DNA of 64,000 nucleotides from Eledone cirrhosa. Lineage: Eukaryota. Below, in pieces: positions 30,530 through 41,885 of this stretch (position 1 is its first letter; every line of letters starts with the position of its first letter). The stretch lies in assembly GCA_964016885.1 (NCBI GenBank), contig OZ024748.1:24676001-24740000 (forward strand), written 5' to 3'. The notes beneath the pieces are model-generated. The model made no database searches and was not told the DNA's origin. It saw only the letters and a program-made list of their open reading frames with translations. The position numbers were made by a program, and so were the translations under genes.

Positions 30530-30599
30530 AAATTTTACTCTGCCATGTATTGAGTACCTTACTTACTGTGGTTATCCCCGACTCAACCCGGGACCTACG

Positions 30600-30632
<33 letters not shown>

Positions 30633-30819
30633 GATAATATATATATAATATATATATATATATAATTGTTTCTTTGTTTCTACTTTTGGCACAAGGCCAG
30701 CAATTATCCCAGTGAATTACTGGTATTTTATTTTATCGACCCCGTAAGGATGAAAGGCAAAGTTAACCTCGGCGGGATTTGAATTCAGACCATAAAGGGA
30801 CATAACTATGCTGGAAAGC

Positions 30820-30872
<53 letters not shown>

Positions 30873-30971
30873 GGAACGATCGACTTTCGTCAAATCGGAC
30901 CGAGGAAACAATGTTTCCGTTGGTCTTTCCAATTGCTAATACTATCTATCGTTCGCAACTCCAGGTAGAAG

Positions 30972-31073
30972 GAACAACGTGAAATAAAGTGTTTTGCTCA
31001 AGGACATAACGCATCACCTGGTCCAGGAATCGAACTCACGATTGCGAATCCAATTCTCTAACCACTCAGCCAC
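30972..31073 (-). mobile_element. tRNA-derived SINE head
   Basis: Minus strand GTGGCTGAGTGGTTAGAG..GAGTTCGATTCC..GTCCTTGAGCAA. Confidence 0.75.
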
Positions 31074-31080
31074 ACATATA

Positions 31081-31121
<41 letters not shown>

Positions 31122-31161
31122 TAAAATAACAGATTTTAGTCTTCAAATTTATTATTATTAC

Positions 31162-31277
<116 letters not shown>

Positions 31278-31927
31278 GTAATTATTTCAGATATGTTGTA
31301 TGAAACTTGGGAAATGTTCATATTTTTGTGTAGTTAACTTCCTGTACCACATGAAACCACATTAGCAAGACATTATCAAAAGTACAAATCACCATGATGA
31401 CAACATCACATTAAATATCAAAGTACACACCATTATATTTTCACAATAATCTGTCCATTAGTAAAGATACTATAAACATTTGAATTATCAAACCACATGA
31501 AACCACAATAGAAAGACATTCTTGAAATTATAAAATAGTTCTATGACAGCATCACATTAAGTCTTTACTTTGTTTTACTGCAAGTTTTCACAGTGATCTG
31601 TCCACTTGTAAAGATACTATAAACATTTGAAGAAACAAATCTGCTTTTAAATATTTTCTACTAAATCATTACTAGATGTTGAGAATTAATCACATTAAGA
31701 AACATCATTTTAGCTCCGTTTTTCCATGCTAGCATGGGTTGTCCCCTTTGAGGCAAGTTGGGTCAAGTGACTGTATATATATATATAATCGCTAAAGTAA
31801 AATGTATTTAACTGATACTCTGATACTGTTACTAATCTGAGGGGGAAAAAACTAAACACTGAAGAAAGATTAGGGGTAAAGTGAGGTGGGAGGGTGGACT
31901 TGTTCACTAAAAAGATAGACAGGCATT

Positions 31928-31941
31928 GTTGTCATGGTAAC
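31928..31941. promoter_or_regulatory. RFX X-box candidate for the ciliary dynein gene
   Basis: GTTGTCATGGTAAC fits the X-box palindrome; a donor-like AGG|GTAAGA follows at 32008/32009. Confidence 0.5.
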
Positions 31942-32145
31942 TTAATGACATAATAAATAAAGAGGAGTATAGTTGAGTAGAGCCAAAAGCAGAATATGTA
32001 GACTGAGGGTAAGAGTCCAGAGATCTTGTCTAGTCTATAACTGGGAACACACACACTTTTCTCTTCATAATCTTTTGTTTGTTTGTTTCACTTAATCATG
32101 CATTCAAATAAAGAAATCTTAAATATATATATATTTAATATATAC

Positions 32146-32580
32146 ATCATCATTTTACATCTGCTTTTCCTTGCTTGCAAGGGTGGGACAGGTCATATTA
32201 AGCACGGCATCTCTCCATTCACATCGACCCCTTGTCATCTCCTCCATGAGCTTTAGCGAGCTGAGGTCTGCTCTCACCACCTCCGCCCATGTTTTTTGTG
32301 GTCCTCCTTGACTGCGTCTTCCTTCTATTAGGATTTCTCAACACTTCTTCACTCAGCGGTCATCCTCCATGCACATCACATGTCCATACCAACGCAGTCT
32401 TCTCTCTCGCACACTACAGCCTATCCCTCCTATACACAGTTTCTCTCTCAACTCGTCAATGCTTGGTCATTCACTCACATTGACATTGTACATCCAATGG
32501 AGCATACTTGCTTCATTTCTCTCCAGCTGTCGCATATCTTCCACAGTTGCTGCCCATGTCTCACTACCATACATCATAAT
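32146..32580 (-). pseudogene. RTE LINE C-terminal fragment with 3' tail
   Basis: MYGSETWAATVEDMRQLERNEASMLHWM..RRLRWYGHV..KTWAEVV. Confidence 0.88.
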
Positions 32581-32732
32581 AAATGACTGATAAGTTTCTG
32601 GAGTCGGAACAATACAGTAGAAATACATAAAGGGCAAAGGATGACAAATAAAGCAAAGTAATGTTTTTAACCAGTATTTTTCAGAGTTATTATTGTGGTG
32701 CTGTACACATTTTTTCTGTTTATATATATACA

Positions 32733-33085
32733 TATTGTTATACTTTGGGAGGGTTAAGCTGCCAATAAAAACACATGCACCTGTTGGTTTTCACTTCAAT
32801 TTATTGTAAGCTTCCAGTTGGTTAGTTTAATAGCTGGCTGGTTGTTTATTTGTATATTGTCAAAGCTCCTTTGTCAGACATCCTGTGACCTCCCCAGTGA
32901 CTAATTTGTTTTTCTGTGTCTCTCCTTTGTCCTCTGCTACACCATCTTGTTTTTGTGAGCTGTGAGCTCATAAAAATAGATGCATGTGTTTTTATTGGTA
33001 GCATGACCCTCCCAAAGTATAACAACATGTTTCAACACATGTTTTCAGATAAGAAATTTTGCAAAACAAATACAAAAACAAAATG
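32733..33085. mobile_element. Non-autonomous element with inverted ~48-bp terminal modules (family of 18871-19199)
   Basis: ATTGTTATACTTTGGGAGGGT.. at left and ..ACCCTCCCAAAGTATAACAA at right. Confidence 0.75.
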
Positions 33086-33112
33086 TGTATACACACACAC
33101 ACACACACACAC

Positions 33113-33180
<68 letters not shown>

Positions 33181-33284
33181 GTATATATGTATATATGTAC
33201 ATGTATATATATATATAAGTATATATATACATATATATATACACATATATATATATAATATATGTATATATATGTGTATACATA

Positions 33285-33320
<36 letters not shown>

Positions 33321-33440
33321 GATATATATATGTATATATATATATATATGTATGTAAAAGGTAAACAGAAATAACAACACAATCGGTACAGTATATGGAA
33401 GGAATATATTAGGTTAATGCTTGATATAGCAGGAAGAGGG

Positions 33441-33476
33441 TCTTAACATTTCGGACGCTAGTCCTTCATCAGAAGA
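33441..33476 (-). ncRNA. Hammerhead-like motif (compact Penelope type)
   Basis: Minus strand TCTT-CTGATGA-A-GGAC-TAGC-GTCC-GAAA-TGTT-AAGA. Confidence 0.6.
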
Positions 33477-34086
33477 AAGAATGAGAAATAAGATAGATTG
33501 AGGGGACGGGCGGGTTGGAATTGGAAAAAATGTCTTTAGATAAAAATAACAGGTCCATTCATGTTGACATCTCTTGCAAAACTGTTGGTGTTGGCGTTTT
33601 GTGTATGATTTTATGTATATATATATGTACATATATATATATATATACATATATATATAAAATTCAAAGGATATATACCTATAAACTAGACAAGGCCATA
33701 GAAATATATATATATGTTTTTGGCAACCATTCACAGTGTGGCTCAATGACGAATTAATTAAATAATTAATAATCAGAGCAATATATAAAAAGTAAGTCCA
33801 TAGAAATAGAATCATTAGATAAAATATATACAGTATTTCTTCTGCCAATCAGCATAAATTAACCCCACAAAAAATCATTTAAACGAGGCTATAGGTTTAA
33901 AATATACCTATGAAGAAATAGTAGATAAATGATATAGCTCTTTATCCGCAATTCGCAGCTATAGAACATTTACCCATTATGATAGCCTGTAGAAATTGAC
34001 TAGACATATAGTTAACCATACATAATTAGTTGCAAAATCAAAGTTAGAAGAAAAAATGCACATAAACATACCAAACTCATCAATAC

Positions 34087-34169
34087 ATCTCTACTACCGG
34101 CAATTTCATTCAGTTTTTGGATATATCCGATCTTGGATAAATCAACGAGGTTGGAAATCATCAGGAGAT
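34087..34169 (-). ncRNA. Type-I hammerhead ribozyme motif with expanded helix II
   Basis: Minus strand ATCTC-CTGATGA-TTTC[~40 nt]GAAT-GAAA-TTGCCGGTAG-TA-GAGAT. Confidence 0.7.
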
Positions 34170-34271
34170 AAACTCAATTGGACAAAGATTTTTCTTAAAT
34201 GATCCCCACCAGAAAGGAATTCAAAATGACTAAGAATCGTCACATGGCTAGTGGTCAAGGCAGAAAGTTTA

Positions 34272-34335
<64 letters not shown>

Positions 34336-34812
34336 TAAACGGAATAGAAAATGCTGACAAATTGTTCACAGTTGAAAAATGGTTTAATTAGGAATAAAAG
34401 AGTATTAGTGATTGTATGGGTTAGTATTCAGTTGTGGTTTTAAGTTTATAAGTTTTTACCGGTTGCGCATTTCTAAATGCTTTTCAAAAATAATTTTGAG
34501 ATAGAGTGTCCGTACTGTTTGCTCTGATCTGATTAGTTTTGGGAATTCTACCTGTTTTTATGTTAAAAAAGTGGCTCCAGCGTTATTTTTGTGTTGCAAA
34601 AATGCTTGTGGTCAAAACAATTTTGATTGGTCGGTAGAGGTCATGTGAATGTAAAAAGTTGATTTTGCGCCAAGACTGTTTTTATGTTAAAATGTTAAAA
34701 AAGTGGCTCCAGCAAAAATTATTGGTCAAAACAATTTTGATTGGTCGGTAGAGGTCATGTGGATAAAAAATTGGTTTTGCGCCAAGATTGAGAAATGACT
34801 CTTTCACAACAA

Positions 34813-34858
<46 letters not shown>

Positions 34859-34949
34859 GTGTGTGTGTGTGTGTGTAGTAGTAGTAGTAAGGTGTTCGAT
34901 GCTGCGACAATGGCCAGCAGCGATGTGTGTCAAATGGCTATTAAGATAA

Positions 34950-34982
<33 letters not shown>

Positions 34983-35096
34983 GCAGAGTCATTCGAAGGT
35001 CAAAAGATATTTTTCAGCTTTTGTCTTATACGGAGAAGTGCGTGTGTGTGTGTGTATAAGTCTCTTTGTATGTTGATGTACGCGTGTGTATGTGTT

Positions 35097-35135
<39 letters not shown>

Positions 35136-35448
35136 ACCAGTATTTTTTTCCCCCTGGTAAAATGGTGTACATTATTCGATTTTTTCAGTAAAATCGGTTC
35201 TCTTAATAGAACATCAAAAATCTTAACAATAAAAGGTGTGAAATGATATTCACTATATATATACACACACACACATACATTCACTACATATATATATATA
35301 CATATATACATACATATATATGCACATATATTTTTTTGTATTGCACCATAGAGCATGTGTGTTTACGTGTGTCATTGTGTTTATATGTGGGTAGAGATGT
35401 GTGCTGATGTAGGTATGTATGTTGACGTGTGTATGTTGTGGGTTCGTC

Positions 35449-37768
35449 TTAGGGAGAAGTGTTTAGACGGGGTCCGTATTTGTTAATGAAGTAAGATTCC
35501 TTGCTGATGCGCTGGGTGTGGGTGGCATTATCTTTAAATTTGTAGAGGGGAAAGATTCTGAAGTTGGGATGATTTTGGGCGGCACAGGTATCAATGTGTT
35601 CACTCAGTGGTATTTTCCTGTATTCCCGTATTTTAATTTGGGATCTATGGACAGTCATGCGTTGGCGGAGGCTGTTTTTGGTCTGGCCTATGTATTGTTC
35701 TCGACAACCTGAACAAGTTAATACATATATTAGATTTTCCGATGCACATGTGAAATTGTGTTTTACTATAAAACGTTGTCCATCTTTGAAATAGAATTCC
35801 GAACCCTCTATTAGGTTGATGCAAATGCCACAGTTGGGTCTATCGCATTTTTTTACTGTGGGTTTCGTTGTTGTGGTTGGCAGTACTTTGGCATGTGTTA
35901 AGATGTTTTTCATTGACTTGGATTGTCTTTTGCTCTTTATGATATCGTGTGTTCGTAGAATTTGGTTCATTCTATGGTCCTTTTTCAATACAGGGATGTT
36001 CTGGAGGATGGTGTCAAAGGCCTCATTGTTGAGGGGGTTGTGTGTGGAGATGTATGGAAGAGCTTTTAGTTTTGGTTGATTTACTTTAGGGTGTCTAAGG
36101 TCCTGGGTACTGAGTTTTAGGGCACGTTGGATTCCATTGTCAATTAGTGATGCAGGGTAGTCCCTGCCTATGAGTGTGTCCTTTAGTTCTTGTAGCCGTA
36201 AGTAGCAGATGTTTTTATTGGAGACTATAGTACAGATTCTCTTGGCTAAGTTGTAGGGAATATTAATTTTAACGTGTCTAGGGTGGCAAGAGTTGAAGGG
36301 GAGGTATTGCTTGGAGTCTGTGGGCTTGTAGTATATGTCTATTTCTATTTTTTTTGTTATGGATCTTAATGAGGATGTCGAGGAAGGGGAGTTGTTGATG
36401 GCTGTATTCCATCGTGAAATTAATATTTGTGTTGAGCCCATTTATAAGGGTGTGAAATTTTTTAAGTTTTTCGATGTTTTCGTGCCAAAGAATGAAGCAG
36501 TCATCTAGATATCGCTTCCAGTTCCTTTCAATGTGTAAGTGGAGGGTGTTTCCAAATTTGTTTAGGACTTTAGTGTAGAGGGTGATTTCCAGGTATCCCA
36601 TGACTAGGTTGGCATAAGTAGGGGCTGTTTTCGTTCCCATAGCGGTCCCAGATTTCTGCCTGTAGGGTTTGTTATTGAAAACGAAGTAATTGTTCTCCAA
36701 GATAAATTTGAGTCCCTCTATCACGAATTCTTTTTTGATGCGTTGTGGGAGTTCATTGTGGAAATTATCCAGCCAGAATTGGATAGCTTCTATTCCTAGG
36801 TTGTGGGGGATGTTGGAGTATAGGTTGACTACATCGAACGTCACTAGTAGGGTTTGTTCAGAAAGTGGCATATTAGGGAGGTGATTGAGCATATCTAGGT
36901 CGTCCCTTATATAGCTTTTGATGTGCTTGAGGAAGGGTTTGAGAAGGGTATCAATGAAGTTGCTAAGACGGTGCGTTTCGCAAGCGGGGCCTGCTATTAT
37001 AGGTCTTAATTTGAGATCATTGGGTGAGGGGACATTGATGACTATGTCTGTGGCTTCCTTGCATGCCTTACTGATTGATTCGCTTTTATGTACTTTAGGG
37101 ATACCGTAGAAAAGGCTGGATTTACTTGTGAAGTCTGTGATGAAGCTGAATTCCTTGTTAGTGAGTCCTTCTTTGTATTGGTTGATTAGAGTTTTTAGGT
37201 TTCTCATAATTTTCTGTTGATTGTAGTGTTCAGCCTTTTCGTAGTATGTTTCGTTTTCCAAAGTGGAGAGCGCTAAGTTGATATAGAATTCTGTCTCCAT
37301 TAGGACTACTGTACTCCCTTTATCAGCCTCTTTAATTGTAATGGTTCTATCGGTTTTTAATCTATTTAATTCTTCCCATTCTTTCTTGTTGAGGTTTGGC
37401 TTGTGTTTTTGTCTGTGCAAGTGTTGGTAAGGGAAGTTTGTGATGTGTTCACAGAATTCGTCCAGGATTTTATTTCTACCTTTTGAAGGGGTGTAATTGC
37501 TTCTATTTCTGGCTAATGATTCATCCTCATTGTACTGGTCGAATAGTTGTTCACTAAGTCGTAACTTTCTACAGAAGTCTGTGATGTCTTCCTTCATTTC
37601 ATAGTAGTTAGGACGTAGTGGGGTCGGTGTGAATTTAAGACCTTTGGAGAGTAAGTTGATAAGGTTGGGTGTTGGTTCTGCACTAGTAAGATTGATAATT
37701 TTTATTACTATCGGTTTCTCCTCCCTGTCTTGTGTTATTTTGTTTGCCTGTATCTGTGTGCTGTGTCT
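35449..37768 (-). CDS. Penelope-like reverse transcriptase + GIY-YIG endonuclease (one extra A at 36348-36355)
   Basis: INLTS..LLSKGLKFTPTP; YGIPKVHK; LRPIIAG; FDVVNLYSNIP; QKSGTAMG; RYLDDCF; LPFLDI; CDRPNCGIC; NLIYVLTCSGCREQYIGQT..RMTVH. Confidence 0.93.
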
Positions 37769-38793
37769 AAAAAATGGTTGGGGTAGAGGGGTTGTCTGCT
37801 GATGTTAAGTGGTCTCCTGTGTTTGTTATATTTCTTGTTGTTGTAAAATGTGGTTCGGGTTGGTGGTTGTAGATTGAATGGGGTGTTCCTGTACTGCGAG
37901 TATGGGTGTGTGTTTCTATGTGCCATGTTGTATTGTGGTGTTATAAGTGGCCTACGTTGTTGGTTGTATCGTGTGGTGTGGGTTTGTTGTGTATTGTGGA
38001 AGTGAGAGTTGAGAAAATGGTAATTACCTTGCTGTCCCCTTGAAGCGGGGAAGTTGTTGCATCTATCATAGCGGTGGTATCTTTTCCCTATGTTTGACGA
38101 TGAGGAATCCGCGTAGTAGTTGAGTGATTTGGTATGGTGTCTCCTTGAAGGGGGAAAGTTGTAAATGTCATTCTGGGGGAGATGATTTCTTGGGTTTTTG
38201 TTCCTTCTTATGGTAGCGAGGTTGGGAAGTTCATCTTCGGTGTGGTGCTTCCTTCTTCGTTTGTTTGAGGCTTGGGGGTTTGAGAAGTTGTTGTGCGGTT
38301 CAGTTATGGGTTTTCCTATTTTTATGAACGGGTTATTGGAGGTGTATTCCGTTTGAAAAATCGATTCATAGTGTAGGAACCAAGTGGCACTTTTTTCCCA
38401 GCGTTGAAGGGATTTCAGTTCTTCTCTGTTGCAGTCCCCTTTCCATAATTGGGAGATCTTCTCTACCTTGGGGCCTTCAGTTTTGTTGTTGATTTCCAGG
38501 AGGATCTCTTCATCGATGGTTTTGATTTTTTCCTCATTTGTCTGGGCCCTCAGTTTAAGAAGTTCAATTTCTGTCTTCATTTTTTCCAATGCCATTCTTT
38601 CCCTAAGGTGTCTTTGAGGTTCGGGTTCATTTGGAATGAACTTTATTTGTAGTTTACGGGGGAGAGTTAGAGGGGTTGAGTTAAGCCATTTTTCATATAT
38701 CTCTGCTTTGTTGTGATTTTGTATCATCTTCCAGAATGAGAACTTTCTGTCTCTGAGGGATTTGTTCCATTTTGGAATTGTTCGAATTTTCAT
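37735..38793 (-). CDS. PLE ORF1: coiled-coil N-half and basic low-complexity C-half (possibly 5'-truncated)
   Basis: 352-aa ORF with charged heptad-like segment RERMALEKMKTEIELLKLRAQTNEEKIKTIDEEI; overlaps the RT frame. Confidence 0.75.
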   Translation of the reverse strand: MKIRTIPKWNKSLRDRKFSFWKMIQNHNKAEIYEKWLNSTPLTLPRKLQIKFIPNEPEPQRHLRERMALEKMKTEIELLKLRAQTNEEKIKTIDEEILLEINNKTEGPKVEKISQLWKGDCNREELKSLQRWEKSATWFLHYESIFQTEYTSNNPFIKIGKPITEPHNNFSNPQASNKRRRKHHTEDELPNLATIRRNKNPRNHLPQNDIYNFPPSRRHHTKSLNYYADSSSSNIGKRYHRYDRCNNFPASRGQQGNYHFLNSHFHNTQQTHTTRYNQQRRPLITPQYNMAHRNTHPYSQYRNTPFNLQPPTRTTFYNNKKYNKHRRPLNISRQPLYPNHFLDTAHRYRQTK

Positions 38794-38859
38794 TTTGTGT
38801 GAATCAATCTATGTATATATATATATGTATATATATACAAATATATATATATATATATG

Positions 38860-39524
38860 GAGATTACAATAATCAAAGTTCAGTTTAAGTCATTTATTTG
38901 CTTACAATTGTTTCCTCCAAACCGAGGTTTGGATTCTTCGGAGCAACTATTTACTGATCTATAACATACTTGACCTCCTTTTCAACCCAAGAGACACATA
39001 AAACATATGCGCATATTGATCAACAGTGGGGTGACATTCATCAAATGATATAGCATGGCAATTTACATGTAAAGGTTACAGGATAAAAATAAAAATAAAA
39101 ATAAAAGCAAGAATGAAAATAAAGATAAACATGAAGCGTTGGCAGTCTATGAAGATAAAGCAAGAGGAAAGCTTAGAGTAGTCAGTGTATGAAACAATCT
39201 CACGTGTAGCATGCACGCGTGTCTTATTTATACATGATTAGAGTGCGTCAGAATGATATTTGCAGGGTCAGGCAGTTGAAGCAGGCAATCGATCTTGTTA
39301 TGTGGGCTGAATTATTAAGTCATTTATTCTCATACATCTGTATGATATACAGTCTCGGATGCAGGGAAACACCAAAATATCACAAACTTTCAACATACTA
39401 TAAACCTTATTGTATCGTAGGCAAAGCCGTACCACTGTCTTTGCTCACACCACCACTCACATAATGGAGGAAACAATTGTAAGCAAATAAATGACTTAAA
39501 CTGAACTTTGATTATTGTAATCTC
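38860..39524 (-). mobile_element. Short element with hammerhead-like motif, AATAAA and an inverted 60-bp copy of its own 3' end
   Basis: 38860-38919 is the reverse complement of 39465-39524; motif at 38898-38946; TA flanks. Confidence 0.8.
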
Positions 39525-39710
39525 TATATAACTGCTCTGTAAAACAACTGATGTTATTACATTGAGCTATTTATCTTACTGGTAATAGGATAGTAATTAA
39601 TGACTATCTTTCACTATTTAGGGTTTGTATATATAATATATTACCATTAAAGGTTTTATTACATACATAACCATAAATAGTACCCTTAATACTATATATA
39701 TATGTATGTT

Positions 39711-39743
<33 letters not shown>

Positions 39744-39796
39744 GTATGAATATATATATATATACATATATATATGTATGTTATATATATATATTT

Positions 39797-40188
39797 GTCT
39801 TAAGACAATGACACTGGATCGAGATCTTTGGCGCCATACAGTAGTACAGAAACCCACCTGCCCTTGCATACAAACCTACAGTCAGTAGGCCCTTCTTTAC
39901 TCAATGTACACCCCAGCCCACACACCCTACCCCATCCTCCCTTTCCCCTTCTGTCCACTGTGTTGATGACACAGCAGTCCACACTGTAAGGTGGCCGTGT
40001 AGGAAACACAGTAAAAAGGCTCCCAGTCCACACTGTGAATGTCATTGGTGTTAGGAAGGGCTTCCAGCTGTAAAAAACCTGCCAAAGACACTTTCATATA
40101 AGCGAGACACGGTCTCCTGATGGAACAAAACCGTCTAACCCATGCTAGCGTGGAAGATGGACATTAAATGATGATGATGATGATGATA
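39797..40188 (+). mobile_element. RTE LINE 3' end with (GAT)n tail
   Basis: Matches 29230-29618 (CTAACCCATGCTAGC..TTAAATGATGATG). Confidence 0.88.
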
Positions 40189-40249
40189 GATAATTATGTG
40201 AAACAAGCAAAGGTGATTTCAAAGCTGTGACGTTGGAACAATGAGACAA

Positions 40250-40448
40250 CCTTACAGGTATCACCTTACAGGTATCCCCTTACAGGTATCCCCTTACAGG
40301 TATCAGCTTACAGGTATCCCCTTACAGGTATCAGCTTACAGGTATCACCTTACAGGTATCACCTTACAGGTATCCCCTTACAGGTATCACCTTACAGGTA
40401 TCCCCTTACAGGTATCCCCTTACAGGTATCAGCTTACAGGTATCACCT
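40250..40448. repeat. Minisatellite, 14-15 bp unit CCTTACAGGTATC(A/CC), ~14 copies
   Basis: Tandem copies visible. Confidence 0.95.
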
Positions 40449-40502
40449 CGTACTTTTGAAATTATTTTATTTCTAATGTTCACTAATTTACTTTCTTTGT
40501 AG

Positions 40503-40633
40503 GTTGAGTATTCCTCAGCCCAGTCTGAGGTTACCTCCATCGAACTACTCTCCTGGCTAGAACAACACATTCAAACAGCTTTACAACCAAAACTTGAACA
40601 GTTGAAATCTTTTATGTCAAACATTAAACACAG
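40503..40633 (+). CDS. Dynein heavy chain (axonemal beta-type, DNAH9/11/17-like), first detected coding exon
   Basis: ttgtag|..AG|gtgaac; [43 protein letters not shown]; phase 2 joins the next exon. Confidence 0.8.
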
Positions 40634-40788
40634 GTGAACCTCTTTTGACATTTTAACTGCTACTCCCCACCAAAAAAAGAACAAAAAGAAAAAATAAATT
40701 GTGGAATACTCAGCCATCTACATGGTCTTTCATGAGTTAGATGTTCACTTGATTGCAAACTGAGTGCTCTTCATTGAAACTGAGTGAT

Positions 40789-41114
40789 CAGAGTTTCTCA
40801 AACTGTTTGCCCCCCTCTCACGGGCCATATAAAACCTTCAGTGTCCACACCCCTATTTCCAGAGAGACCAGCCTACACGCACATTGTAAATAATATATAA
40901 TAAATGCAATCTTTAATTTATATATAATAAATAATATAATATATATGATGTATGAATAAATATTATATATTTTTTATTTTATTATATTTATATATAATAT
41001 GTATCATTTAATATTTAATATACTATATCTCCTCTACTGCCCCCTTAGGCCCCAGCGCTCCCTGGACCTTCTCAAAGCCCCCAGGGGGTGGTAGCGCCCA
41101 TTTCAGAAACTCAG
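40789..41114. mobile_element. hAT-like MITE
   Basis: Imperfect TIRs CAGAGTTTCTCAAA..TTTCAGAAACTCAG; partial AGTGAT duplication at the flanks. Confidence 0.5.
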
Positions 41115-41381
41115 TGATAGCTGATCAATCATCTTGTATTACATTTTTTCAATACACCCTTGCTTTTTTTTAAAAAAAGGAAGTAGAATATGATTTGAGG
41201 GAGATTTTGGTTACTGTTTCTAGCAGGCTGAATGACTCCCTATAATACTAAATCGTAGAAACCAAACCATTCTGTTACTGGATGGAACTGTTAGGACAAA
41301 CAGACACCATTCCTTTTTCCTCTTCTGATTTATATTAATTTGTGATAATTAATTCTGATTATATTAATTAAATTGTAATAA

Positions 41382-41626
41382 TTAACTCATTTGTTACCAT
41401 ATTTCTAATGAATTTCATTATTTCAATTGATTAATGAAGAATTTGGAGTGACTCATTAAAATAATTAGTTATTTTGTGATTAAGATGGTACTTGTAACAT
41501 AAGTTAACAAAAGGTTCTTATAGAAAATTATGGAAGATTTTAATTTACATAGAAATCTTTCAGATCATTAATGTTGTTTCATAGAACTAGAGACAGATTT
41601 GGGTGGGTTAGTATCAAAAGGGGGTA
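41382..41626 (+). mobile_element. AT-rich MITE with TTAAC(C/T)C-type ends (piggyBac-like)
   Basis: Related copies at ~22075-22250 (+), 57736-57942 (-) and 62443-62620 (-). Confidence 0.6.
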
Positions 41627-41715
41627 TTTCTGATTTATATAAATTAGATTGTCATAATTAATTCTGATTTATATTAATTAGTGATAATTAAAGTATGTTT
41701 TATACATTTGTATAG

Positions 41716-41885
41716 AAAAATTCTGCTTGAGTTTCTGAGAAATGAACAAAACACTCAACTGTACATCTTCAACAAATCTTCTCATGACCTTCATGTTACT
41801 TTCCAGCCACTAACTTCATTGTATACAAAATCATTATTCTTCCTTAAAAGACAGCAACATTGGACAATTACACCTGATAATATTG
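41716..41885 (+). CDS. Dynein heavy chain exon
   Basis: tatag|..G|gtaagt; [37 protein letters not shown]. Confidence 0.88.

Larger units (their letters stand above)
34333..38811 (-). mobile_element. Penelope-like retroelement, Neptune type (ends approximate)
   Basis: ORF1, RT, Cys-rich linker and C-terminal GIY-YIG; microsatellite-rich 3' region with a tandem duplication at 34557-34790; (TA)n on both sides. Confidence 0.92.
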
